Origin: Thecamonas trahens ATCC 50062
Taxonomy: Eukaryota; Protista; Apusomonadida
DNA length: 64,000 bases
NCBI RefSeq assembly: GCF_000142905.1
Contig: NW_013657644.1
Span: 239,697 to 303,696 of the forward strand
Direction of reading: 5' to 3'
Shown here piece after piece: positions 20,605 to 31,359 of this stretch (the stretch's first letter is position 1; each line of letters opens with the position of its first letter). Both the position numbers and the translations under genes were made by a program. Below the pieces are notes generated by a model. That model did no database searches. It had not been told where the DNA came from and saw nothing but the letters and a program-made list of their open reading frames with translations.

Positions 20605-23313
20605 GTATGCGCTCTCGTCTGTAAACGAGCCTGTCGAGTACGTGTCGAGGTTAATGACACCGCGCAGGCCAGCGACAGCCGCTTTCTCGCCGGTGTTCGG
20701 CTCGGTCCGCGACGGCAGGACCGTAGATTGCCCGCAAGACGCCTCGGCGTCCGCGTACGGCTCAGCTGGGCTACCGCGAACCAACCACGACCACGCCATT
20801 GCCTGTCCGCCGTCGACGTAGACTGCGCGTGCCAGCGCAGTTGCTACCAACGCCGCGCCCGCCACACCCGCCATACCTGCGATGATCACCGCCGTGATCT
20901 GGATACTGGCAGTCTGCGGCATTGCGTTGACCGGGCCGAGCCCGACCACCGCCAGCGCCGCCACCGCCAACGCAGATCCAAACTCGCCGGTGGCTGACGG
21001 GTCGCGACTCGTTGTCAGTAGAGTCATGACCCCTGCTCCAAGTACGGTCGTTGCCACGACGATGGCGGCGCAGCCACCCGCCACAAGCTGGCCCGTGCCG
21101 CGCGTCAGCAGGCTGACCATTGCTGCGAGTCCCGCGAGCGCGGCGCTCGACACGGGCAGGCTTGCAAGGACCGCACCCATGCTACGCGCGAGCACGCTCT
21201 TCCAATGGGTCTCACTCGAGTAGTCGAGGCCAACTGCGTTAGTGATGCACGCCATGACAGCCTGCTCGCCGCTCCGGGAGCTGCCACCCAGCAGCGCCAC
21301 GTGGAGGAGACACGTTGCCACAACTAGCACACCTACAACAACAACGACGCTGATCACCAGAGTCCGTGCCCGCAGCACACTCATCAGCGCTACTTGCGCG
21401 GCCGCCGCCTGCCGCAGCACCACCAATCGTGCCACAGCACTCACCGGCATGACGACCAATGCCCACAGCACTGCGCCACCGGTAGAGAGCCGGGGCACAT
21501 CGCCACCAGCAAGGCCGCCAAATATGCCGCTCACGGCCCAGCCAAGCGCAGAACCAAACGTCATGTTGGACGCGAGTCCGGCTGCAATCGCTGCGACAAC
21601 CAGTGCAACGGAACCAGCGGCAGTCATGGCCAACGCCAGCTCGCGCCATGCAACTGAGGCTCGCCGGGCACTCGCAAGCGGCGTTGGCAACCACGGAAGG
21701 TTGCGGAGCGACCGCAACACGTATGTGCCAGGCACTGCCCCGGCACGGAGCACCATCCACGCCGGCGCAGTGTTAGCCGGCGCAATCGGGGCGAGGCTCA
21801 GCGGGAGCTCGACCACCTCTCCCGCGGCCGAGCTGGGCATGACGACTGCCGACGCTACCAACCAGTCGTCGCCGGCCGGATCAAACGCCCGGACGAGAAC
21901 AGTGGCCGGGTGCTCGCGGACGTCGATGATGGCCGACTCGGGCCATGACGGGTTGCGGCTCCAGGCGACAACCTGTGACGCCAAGCGCGACATTGCCAGT
22001 CGACCATACCACACCCGTGCCACACTCCGGGCCATCCACGCTCGCCACCCACGCTCCTCGACAGGCGTCACCGCTGTGGCGTACAGCGCAATCGGCGCCC
22101 GCTCGCTTCGCCCTGTCGTTTTCGCCGCCCGTCCCGCCAGACTCGCCGGCAACGCACCGGCAAACACCACAAGCCAGCTGCCAACAGCCACCAGGACGCC
22201 GCCAATGACCAGCGCGCCACCAGGCGCATCCCACCCACCCGGCAGCGCCTGGAGCGCCGCCATCGAGCTGGCAGCAACTAGCAGCCGCGACGTCGGACAG
22301 CCCACCGCAAGTGCAGCCGTCGCCACAACCAGAGCGCCAGCAATGAGCAGCGCCCCACCCAAGGCTGTTGCACGCGCCATTCGCGGCGCAATGGACGCAG
22401 CGAGCTGTACACTGGCATCCGCCACTGCCCCGGACGCTGGCAAGACATCATTCGCCAGCGCGGCCCCGGGGCGAGGATCAAACGCATCTGCGTCCTCCGA
22501 GTACGAGTGGTTCGAGTGGTAGACCTCCATGTGTGCAGCAGCATCGACGACGTACACGTGGGGCTTGATAGCAAGTGGGCGGGCCGGGCCAGTCTCGGGC
22601 GGATCCTCGTCCAGCACCAACAGCCGCGGAGGCAGATCATCATCCGATGAGCGCAACCGCGGCGTGACACGCATGGCCATCACAGGCGTCGAAGACATGC
22701 CTCCAGGCACCACAGGCAGCACATGCAGCGAGTCAAAGGTGGCTTGTAGGTCTTCCTCTGCTGGCAGCTGTCTCAGCTCTGCCAGCTCCTCGGCAGGAAT
22801 GGCCAGCCGACCGCTTGCTCTCTTCGAGCGGGCAGAGTGTGTCGATGATGACGCTGATGACGCTGATGACGCTGATGACGCGGATGCCGATGACGATGAG
22901 ATTGGTGACGACAAAGTGACAGAGGAAGCACTAGATGATGAGACTGGTACCGATGACGATGACGATGACACCCTTTCCCGTCGACCACCAGACCCTCGTC
23001 GACTGCCGCGGCCTCTGCCACCAGGCCCTCGCCCACTGCCACGGCCACTGCTGCCAGGCGCGACACCCGAGGTACTGCTCGACATGTCACGCAGTAGACG
23101 TCCCGTGTTAGACGCTCTACGGCCGCTGCGTCGGTTGTGTCTTGATCCACTCATACTGAGTGAGGTGGCCGTGGCCGTGTCTACGGCTGTGGCGGTGGTT
23201 GCGGCTGTGGCTGGCGGGTAGCGTTCCAGCGGCTGCCAGGCAAGGCAGACGGGCTGACGGGCGGAGAGGCACGGCGGGGTGAGCGCGGTTCCTGGCGCGG
23301 CATATTGTGACAT
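20596..23313 (-). CDS. Multi-pass membrane protein with degenerate K-channel-like TM-pore-TM modules and a C2-like domain
   Basis: Ser-rich N-terminus. Segments MTFGSALGWAVSGIFGGLAGGDVP and EFGSALAVAALAVVGLGPVNAMPQT. NPSWPE...VRAFDPAGDDWLVASAVV is C2-like. Confidence 0.6.
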   Translation of the reverse strand: MSQYAAPGTALTPPCLSARQPVCLAWQPLERYPPATAATTATAVDTATATSLSMSGSRHNRRSGRRASNTGRLLRDMSSSTSGVAPGSSGRGSGRGPGGRGRGSRRGSGGRRERVSSSSSSVPVSSSSASSVTLSSPISSSSASASSASSASSASSSTHSARSKRASGRLAIPAEELAELRQLPAEEDLQATFDSLHVLPVVPGGMSSTPVMAMRVTPRLRSSDDDLPPRLLVLDEDPPETGPARPLAIKPHVYVVDAAAHMEVYHSNHSYSEDADAFDPRPGAALANDVLPASGAVADASVQLAASIAPRMARATALGGALLIAGALVVATAALAVGCPTSRLLVAASSMAALQALPGGWDAPGGALVIGGVLVAVGSWLVVFAGALPASLAGRAAKTTGRSERAPIALYATAVTPVEERGWRAWMARSVARVWYGRLAMSRLASQVVAWSRNPSWPESAIIDVREHPATVLVRAFDPAGDDWLVASAVVMPSSAAGEVVELPLSLAPIAPANTAPAWMVLRAGAVPGTYVLRSLRNLPWLPTPLASARRASVAWRELALAMTAAGSVALVVAAIAAGLASNMTFGSALGWAVSGIFGGLAGGDVPRLSTGGAVLWALVVMPVSAVARLVVLRQAAAAQVALMSVLRARTLVISVVVVVGVLVVATCLLHVALLGGSSRSGEQAVMACITNAVGLDYSSETHWKSVLARSMGAVLASLPVSSAALAGLAAMVSLLTRGTGQLVAGGCAAIVVATTVLGAGVMTLLTTSRDPSATGEFGSALAVAALAVVGLGPVNAMPQTASIQITAVIIAGMAGVAGAALVATALARAVYVDGGQAMAWSWLVRGSPAEPYADAEASCGQSTVLPSRTEPNTGEKAAVAGLRGVINLDTYSTGSFTDESAYSC

Positions 23314-23467
23314 GATGATGTGATCGGATGGATGTGGTGGTGTTATCGGACGATCGGACGAACGGACGAACAGGTTGAGAGTTTTGGGTTGGTGAGCTCG
23401 TAGGCTGGGCTCGTGGACTGGTGGGCTGATGAGCGAGACCCGAGAGGATTTGATGATGCACGCAGAG

Positions 23468-25324
23468 CTAGGCTTGCTGCGCTTCCAGCCAACGGGAGAT
23501 GGTGCCGGGCCATCCCCACTCGCGGGTGATGGCCCGGAGCTGATCGAGCGCCGCTGGTGCGGTAGTTCCTTCGAGCGCACGAGCGATGGCGGCGTGGACG
23601 TGTGAGGTGTTGAGGGTGTAGGCGGCAAAGCGCGCTCCGAGGAGCGGACTGGACGAGAGGGGGAATATCGGTGTGTCCTGAATAGCTGCTAGTTTTGGCT
23701 GCGCAGCATTGAGAACGGCAGCAGTGCCGGCGGCGATCCGAGCGTCGGCGTGGTCGAGAAGTGGGAGGAGGTTGGGCAGACCGGCGACATGCCATCGCTG
23801 GGCATGGATCTGCTCCGCCGCCGCCAGCTCGCCACGCTCGACAAGCACAACGCTAACACTGATGGCTGTCGAGTCGATGGGCGCAATGAGGAGGATTGCA
23901 ATGGCTGCTAGCCCGATGCGCATCAGTCGCCGCCACAGCCACAGGTTTGTCTTGTGTGCCCGGATCTTGTACGCCACTGCGCCGCAGCCGGCAAGCACGG
24001 CCACGACACCCACAAAGCCAAAGATCTTGGGCAGCGTGCATCCGTTGAATCGAATGTATTCGATCAGTCGCCACAACGCAAAACAGCCCATGGTGCCGCA
24101 TCCACTCGCCAGCGCCAGGCCGAGTCGGCGCAGCGTCGGATGCTCGCGATCGAGACCAAGCCGTTGTGAGAAGACTGCGAGCGTGAGTGACGCCGTCATC
24201 ACCAGCGCCACAACCAGCCAAACTGCGGCGTGCTTGGTGATGCCCGAAAACGTCCCGATGGCAGCGTCAAGCGCGCGCCCGGACATAGCCGCGTCGTCGG
24301 GAAGCCCAAGGGTCCACGCCGGCGGCGCCACGCCGAGCGCAAAGAGCGGCACGCAGACGGCAACGTCGGACGCCACAAATACGGCTATAACCACAACAGC
24401 TGCCGCGAGAGTTGCAGCCCCGAGCCGATGCCGAAGGCTGTGTGGATCAGCGTTATCGCTGCTAACCGCGTCGTCGTCCTCGTCGATCGCCAGCATCGAC
24501 TCGCACGCCGCGCGCACCGGAAAGGCAAGCACAGACGCGAGTCCTGCCCAGACCACGGCACGCCCCACGCCTGGAATCCATGCCATTACGTCCCAGATGA
24601 CCTCTACTGACGCGATGAGCTTGGCAACCAGGGCTGCAAACACCGGATTGGCGTTCTGCAGCACGCCGCAGAGCGCGGCGGCAACAGCGCTTGCGGCAGC
24701 GGCCATGGCAGCGCCATGGACCATCATCACCATCGACGACTCTTCCGATCCAGTGGCGATCGCAAGACTGCGCCGCAGGCCAGCAGCCCATTCAAGTGCA
24801 GCCCGAAGCGGGCCTTCAACGGCCGTCCGCGCAGCAGAGACCAACGTCTCACCGACGTCTGTCGTCTGCGCCGCCCGCGCAAAGATGCAACCGTAGGTAA
24901 AGATGACGTGCATGGCAGAGGCACTCCACCAGCTGGTTGCCACTAGAAGTGTCAAAATTGCCGACGACAAGTCTGCCTGCGGCTGTATACCCAGCACCAC
25001 CGCCCATGTCATCGTGAGCATGGCTGGCACTACGAGGACTTCATCGCCCAGGCCGAGGACAAGTGCCACATCGTCAGCGAGACTCCTCTCGCACCCCAAC
25101 GTTCCCATTGCTAGGCCAGAGAGTAGTGCGGTGGCAAATATTGCTGGCCAGTTAACAGCGGCGTGCGGGGGCTGTGGTACCTGCTCTGGTGATGATGATG
25201 GCTGTGGTGGCGGCGGTGTCGGTGGCTCGCCGTCATCGTCGCGCTGCGCGAGCGCATCGCCGATCACAACATGGACATCCTCATCGTCTTGCTGCAGCTC
25301 CGACTCGGGACGTAGGGCATCCAT
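23468..25324 (-). CDS. Polytopic membrane protein, DUF4153/DUF4173-like
   Basis: About 10-12 TM segments. WRLIEYIRFNGCTLPKIFG resembles the R-x-x-x-Y-x-x-x-YG-LT-x-x-R motif of that family. Confidence 0.6.
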   Translation of the reverse strand: MDALRPESELQQDDEDVHVVIGDALAQRDDDGEPPTPPPPQPSSSPEQVPQPPHAAVNWPAIFATALLSGLAMGTLGCERSLADDVALVLGLGDEVLVVPAMLTMTWAVVLGIQPQADLSSAILTLLVATSWWSASAMHVIFTYGCIFARAAQTTDVGETLVSAARTAVEGPLRAALEWAAGLRRSLAIATGSEESSMVMMVHGAAMAAAASAVAAALCGVLQNANPVFAALVAKLIASVEVIWDVMAWIPGVGRAVVWAGLASVLAFPVRAACESMLAIDEDDDAVSSDNADPHSLRHRLGAATLAAAVVVIAVFVASDVAVCVPLFALGVAPPAWTLGLPDDAAMSGRALDAAIGTFSGITKHAAVWLVVALVMTASLTLAVFSQRLGLDREHPTLRRLGLALASGCGTMGCFALWRLIEYIRFNGCTLPKIFGFVGVVAVLAGCGAVAYKIRAHKTNLWLWRRLMRIGLAAIAILLIAPIDSTAISVSVVLVERGELAAAEQIHAQRWHVAGLPNLLPLLDHADARIAAGTAAVLNAAQPKLAAIQDTPIFPLSSSPLLGARFAAYTLNTSHVHAAIARALEGTTAPAALDQLRAITREWGWPGTISRWLEAQQA

Positions 25325-25968
25325 GACTGTACCACACCGACTTTCCGACCAATTGTAAGTCCACGGAAGTCTGCGATTGCTTCCATCCCTCCACACCTTT
25401 TTGTGTCCATCAGCTCGTCGCTGACCTCGCCGCTTGGGAGTCTCCTTTCCATGACCTCATCCACCTCGTCAAACCCAGCGCCACGTCCACATAGCCCGCG
25501 ATACTTACACCTTCCAACACCATCCGTTCTCGGCAGGCACGGCCAGGCACCGATTCCCTTTCATCGTCAGCTTAAAGCAGCTCATCCATGCAACGAACCG
25601 TACGCGTATTGCCATCGATCGTCGAGGTGGCGATTGTCGGAAGCGATTTGCCGACGACGAGGCATAGTCCACGATCCCAACATCTTTCACACTCTCCTTT
25701 CCCAGCAATTGTACCTCAGCACCGATCATCCTTCAAAGTCAGCGTAAAATAGCTCATCCATGAATCCTTTGCCATGTGGCCGTCAAGCGCGGTCGGGCGG
25801 GGGCGATCCGAGCGTGAGCGTTCGGTCGAGTGAGTCGGCAGCGAGTTGGCGGCGAGTCGGAGGAGTGAGAAGGACAATGGCGCGAGCAAGAAGAAGGACA
25901 GGGAAGAGGAAGAGCGTGTGGCGTCTGACACGTCTCAAAGGAGATTGCCAAGCAAAGAAGAATACAGG

Positions 25969-28900
25969 GATGGAGGGAGAGGAGGTGCTGGTGGCTGTGC
26001 CTGGGGTAGCTGCGCTACGACCTGTATTGCTGCCGGCTGTGCGACCTGACCTTCCACCCGGCTTTGACCTGGAGATGTGGACGGGCGGAGCGAGTAAGGC
26101 CAAGGCGACGACCGAGGCAGAGACGGAGGTAGAGACGGAGACGGAGACGGAGGTAGAGACGGAGGCAAAGGCAAAGACGGAGACGGAGACCGAGATGGAG
26201 ACGGAGTCCGAGGCGGATGGCCGGGAGGCAGGAGGACCAAGCTCACAGGCTGATGGGGAAGTCCATGGCGTGGACAGCACCAGCTCGGACCAGCGTGTAG
26301 TCGAGCCGGGCGCGGCTGTGGCTCCTGTTGCTTCCGATGGCTGGTCGTCAGAGTCGGATGAAGGTCCCGTCTGCAGGGTGTGTAGGGTTGGGGATGGCGA
26401 CTTGTTTGCTCCGTGTCAGTGTGCTGGATCCATGCGGTACATTCATCAAGAGTGTCTCGAGCAGTGGCTCAATGTCTCTCACGCAGAGTCGTGCGAGGTA
26501 TGTGGCCATGCCTTTGCCTTTCAGCCCATCTTTGATGCTGCTGCGCCGCCTACCCTTCCGTGGTCGGCCGTCATGGCTGGCCTTGTGGCTCGCAGCATGG
26601 GTGCAGCGTCCAACGCGGCACGCATTGGTGCCGTGGTCCTGGCCTGGTTTGTGGTTGTACCGCTTGTCGTCGCTCGAAGCATCCTGGTCCAGATCGGTGC
26701 CATGCCGTGGTCGAGTCTGTTCTCGCTGCGGCCGCCGATCGACGGCCTGCCGACATTGATGACCGAGGCTATGCTCGCGCCTCTGCGCGAGATAGACCAT
26801 GCGCCCGCCGCCTTGCCGCCGCTGGTAGAGTGGGCGGCAGCCGACGTGGCCCAAGGCCGAGACAGCTCGCTGCTTTGGCTGGCGGCATCGACTCTGTCGC
26901 AAGCGCTGGTCGGCACTGTCGCCTGTGTCGGCATCTTGGGCATTCTACTCTCGATCGTGGTGGCAACCGAGTATGTTGCGAGTCAAGGCCTTGACTACGC
27001 CTCGCTGTATGGCCCAAGGGCTGAGGTTGAGGGCGAGGCCGAGGACGAGGGTGAGGTCGAGGCCGAGACTGCGGATGGTGCGGATCCTGGTCCAGCAGCG
27101 GGTGCAGAACCAGTAGAGCTCAATGATGGCGTCGATGCTGAAGGTGATGGTGAAGGTGATGGTGGCGGCGACGGCGATGGTCACGCTGCAGCCGCTGACG
27201 ATGGACGGCTTGTCTGGGGCTTTGGCGGCGCCGAGAACGGTGGTGGGCGCAACGGCCACGATGGTCACGACGGCAACGTGGTGCTGGACGGCCTAGGCCT
27301 CGACGCCGACCTCGGTTTTGGCGCCCGAGGCGACGGGGCGCTCGGCGCCCCAGGCGACGCGTTGGACGTTCACCACGACGAGCTCGGCGAGTTCCTGGAT
27401 GACGACGAGCTCGGGCTGGGCGAGGGCAATCTCGGATTCCGCGAGATTGTGGGCCTCGATGGCGACTGGACCGCGCTCGCGGAGAACGTCTTTACCATTG
27501 GCCTGGTGTTTGTGGGGGTGACAGCAGTCGGCCTCTCTGCACCGCTCATTGTGGGCGGCGTGTTCCACGCACAGTTTCCTGCAGCCGGCCCGGCGTCTGT
27601 GCGGCGCAAGCTTGTGCTGGGCTACGGCATGCTTGCCGTGGTGGCGAGTGCAATGTGGGCGACGCGGATGCTGCTTGGGCGGCGGGCGCGGATGTTTGAC
27701 TTGCCGTGTAGCGTGGTGTGGATGAGCTGGCAGTACGTGCGGCTTGTGGTGTGCACCCTCACCGAGCTCGTTGCTTTTCCGTTTGTGACGGGCTGGCTGG
27801 TCGATCTTGCCTCGCTCCCGCTGGCGATTGAGGGAACGACTCTATCGTCGCGAAAGGCGTTTGCGCGCGAAGCCCCGATAGCATCGGCGGTGCTGCACTG
27901 GTCGTTTGGCATGGGCTACATGATTCTGCTCTCGCTTCTTGTCCAGCGGCTCCGGCGTGTGCTCCGACGCGGAGTCCTGTGGTTCCTCCGTGATCCGGAT
28001 GATCCCGAGTTCCAGCCCTTTCGCGAGATGTTGGAGATTCCGATGCTTCGGCTTGTCCGGCGGATTCTTCTCTCGGTTGTGCTCTATGTGCTGCATATTG
28101 GATGCGTAGTGGGCGTGCCGGTCTACCTTGCGCGGCGCGTGACCAGGGCGCTCGCGCTTCCAGCGACGTCTACGACTGCGCCGCCGATGCAGACTTTGGT
28201 TAATGTCCTCCTCCTGCATGCACTGGTCCCCGTCATCTTTGCTCTCGTGCCGCAAGTCCAGACTGGCCTCGACTCGCTGCTGCGTGGATTGTTCCAGATG
28301 GCGGCGCGGCCGACCGGACTTGCGTGGTACCTGTTTGACGACGAAGCCGACGGCGAGAATGAGGCCGAGCAAGCGGAGCGGCTGGAGCGCGGCGAGACGC
28401 AAAGCCTGGTATTTTTTTGCAGGTCGGATCGCTGCTGGCGCTACTGTGGGCGGCGTGTGTGGCTGTGGCTACGGCTGGGCTCCTCCTTCCGTACCTCATG
28501 GGCTACATCATCGCGCTCGGCCTCGGGTTCTCGATGGAGTCTGGCGCACATGCGGTGTACCTCGGCGGCGCAGCGATGCTGCTTGGCGCACGTGGCGTGC
28601 AGGAGCTGCCGCGACTCGCTGCTGCGATTTCGTGGCACCGACTGGCCGGCGCTGCCAAGCTGACGGTGCTTGTGGCAGCGTGGTGCGGGTTGGTGGCGCC
28701 GCTCACCGGCCTAGTGCTCCAGCACGTGGTCGTCTTCCCGCTGGTGGTAGGCGAGGGACAGACTCCGGTTGTGGCACCGCTGTCCTTCTTTGACCTGGCT
28801 GGCGGGCTTTTGGTCTCGACTGGTGCAGCGCGGATTGCGGCGTCTGTCCCTGGGCCGACACCCTGGCTCCCGTTTGGCTGGATTCTGCGCGAGATCGATG

Positions 28901-29181
28901 AGAGCCTCGGCACGCCGCCACTGGGGCGCGCGCTACGGTACTTAGTCGCCCCTGTCGCCCTGCTCGAGGTGCTCTTCCTGGCGCTGCCTTACGCGGCTGC
29001 GCTGGTTGCCGGGCCAGGGTTGAGCGAGAGTATCCTTCTCTACGGCCACGGCTGCGTGGTTGCAGCAGCCGTCGCAAGCTGCGCCGCGCGCTACGGCTGG
29101 CAGTGGCTTGTGCAGATGCGCGAGGATCTGCACCGGGAGCGGTTTTTGGTGGGAACGAGGCTGGTCAATGCACAGGAGTGA
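25969..29181 (+). CDS. MARCH6: RINGv (RING-CH) membrane E3 ubiquitin ligase MARCH6/Doa10; reading frame changes at about 28412-28418
   Basis: RING-CH domain CRVCR...PCQCAGSMRYIHQECLEQWL...CEVC. TD domain FPFVTGWLVD...LRRGVLWFLRDPDDPEFQP. The C-terminal RERFLVGTRLVN lies in the -1 frame. Confidence 0.9.
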
Positions 29182-29257
29182 AGCTGAAAAGCGCGAGGCG
29201 AAGGCGGCAGTGTTTGTGCGGGTGCAGAAAAGAGTGTGGTCCAGGTAGGCAAAAGCG

Positions 29258-31241
29258 TCAGGGGTCCGAGCCGGAGCGAAAGGCAAACGGGTCGGCGTTG
29301 GCCTCTGTCTGCGGCTCGTCAAAGAGCGAGACGTCGCGCTTGCCGGCGGCAAGGTTGCGCTGGCGCTTGAGTGCCGACGGGGAGCAGGCATGGAGTTTGG
29401 CGACCGGCGACGAGCCCATGCGTTTGCGGCGGCCGCGGCGCGAGTAGGTGCGCGCAGTGACGACCGCCGGGTTTGGCGGAGCGCGATTCTGTCGCTGCTC
29501 CTGGGCCCGTCGCTGCCAGACCGGGATGTCGTTTGCGCGCGACGGCTGCTGCGGTGGCTGCGATGACTTGCTCGACAGCGGTGGCGATGGCGAGAGCGAG
29601 AGTGAGAGCGAGGCCCGGATGGAAGGGTCTCGATGCGGCCTGGTTGCGAGCTGGGGCTCAGGCTCGGGCTTGGGCTCTGGTGCCGGCTTGAGCGGCGGGT
29701 TTGAGGCTGAATCATGCCCCGAGTCGTGTGCCGAGGCGGGGGCCGAGGCCGAGCCGCTGCTGCTGTCGCAGGGCGCGGCGTACGATGGGCTGACTCGCGT
29801 GGCCACCGGCTTGCCCTTGCGATTGTGCCTGTGCTTGTGCTTGTGCTTGTGCTTGCGCTTGTGTCTTGGACGTGGTGGGACGAGCGCGGCGGTGGCGAGA
29901 TGCTGGGTGCGGGTGGGCGAGACGTGGAGAAGCGAAGCGGCGCGAGCATGCTCGCGCTCGCGGAGCTCGGCGCGCTCGCGCTCTGCGGCAAGCTGGGCGA
30001 GCTGGAGCTTGTTCTTCTCGCGCAGAAGCTCGTTTTCGCTGCGGGCGTGGCCGAGCTGGAGCTTGGTCTCGGCAAGCGAGGCGCGAAGGGCGGCGATGTC
30101 GTCTGCGGCGGCCTTGGCCCGGGCGTCTGCGCGGTCTGCGGCGGCGGATGCGGTCTGCAGCTTGTGGGTGAGCGAGCCGACGCGCGCGTCGGCGGCAGCA
30201 GTCTTTGCGGCAGCGGAGCGAGCAGCAACTTTGAGCGAGGTGATTTCGGCGACGAGAGCCTCGATCTGCAGCTCTTGGTCGGTGTTGTCGGTCTCAAGAT
30301 CGCGAAGCTGGACCAAGACCTCGTTCTTGAACTTGCCGGCGCGCCCCACTGCCTGCTCAAGCGCACCGATCTTGGCCTGGTACGCGTCCATCTGGAGGAG
30401 CAGCGCCGAGAGGCGGCGGTCCTGGGTCTCACTCTGAGTCGAGACCTCTTCCAGCTGGGCAACAATCGACCGGTACGAGAGACTTAGCTCGGCGTGCGCG
30501 TCCTTGGCCTCGCGCGCCTCGGTTTCTAGCTCCTTGAACTTGCGCCGCCAGTTGTCCATCCGCATCCGCTGCTCGCGTGCCTCGGCCTGCATGTGCGCAG
30601 CGGCTGAGAGAAGCTCAGCTGAGAGCGCGCCGCCAACACCGTGACCCGTTACGCCGCTCCGCAGCTTGCGCAGCGGCTCGGCCTCGGCGAGGTGGTCGTT
30701 GCTGGGACCTGCGTCGAGAGGGCGCGCACGACGTCGCGTCGCGGCGAAAAATGGGTTGATCAACCGCGCGATCAACCGCGTAGCGGAAAAAGGTCGTAGA
30801 GTCCAAGCGGCGCGGCTCTGTGGTGAGTGCGAAGGGGGGAGGGGGCATGGGCATGGACAAGGCAGGACCAGGTACAAGGAAGCTTACCAGCGCGGTGCGG
30901 ATGCGGCCCTGTGATGCGCAGATGGTGGGTGCCGAGCCTCCGCGGCGGCGGCTGGGGGTACGGGTCCATCGATGCTGGCCCAGCGAGGAGAAGCTGGTTC
31001 TGGGAGGCACGATGCGATCGCGGAACGCTGTCATGGCGCTCGCGGTCATGCCCACGCATTGCGCGCTCGTGGTGCTGGCTTGCATGTGGCCGGTAGCCAT
31101 CCATCCGTCCGTGTGAAGCCTGCTGGCCTTCTCCGGCCTCGTTGGCCCACATCCCGCGGAAGTACTCCATGCCCTGCGCTGGCGACAAGCGTGTAGCCCA
31201 GTGTACAGGCTTGGACGATCTGATCCAGCGGCCGCCTGCAT
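29258..31241 (-). CDS. Coiled-coil protein; exon 29258-30817 plus a probable upstream exon beyond intron 30818-30887
   Basis: Long heptad-rich region (RRKFKELETEARE...ENELLREKNK) and KH-repeat tail. The gtaagc...cacag intron joins in phase 0. The 5' end is uncertain. Confidence 0.6.
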
Positions 31242-31359
31242 TCATTGAATGATTGCCAATCGGGTCCAGTCTGTTCCAACCTGCGGCGTGACGGCGTACC
31301 TGTCGCTGATGAGCGCGCTGTGGCCACGGCCGGGCCGGGTTGTGGCGCGAGCTCCTGAC

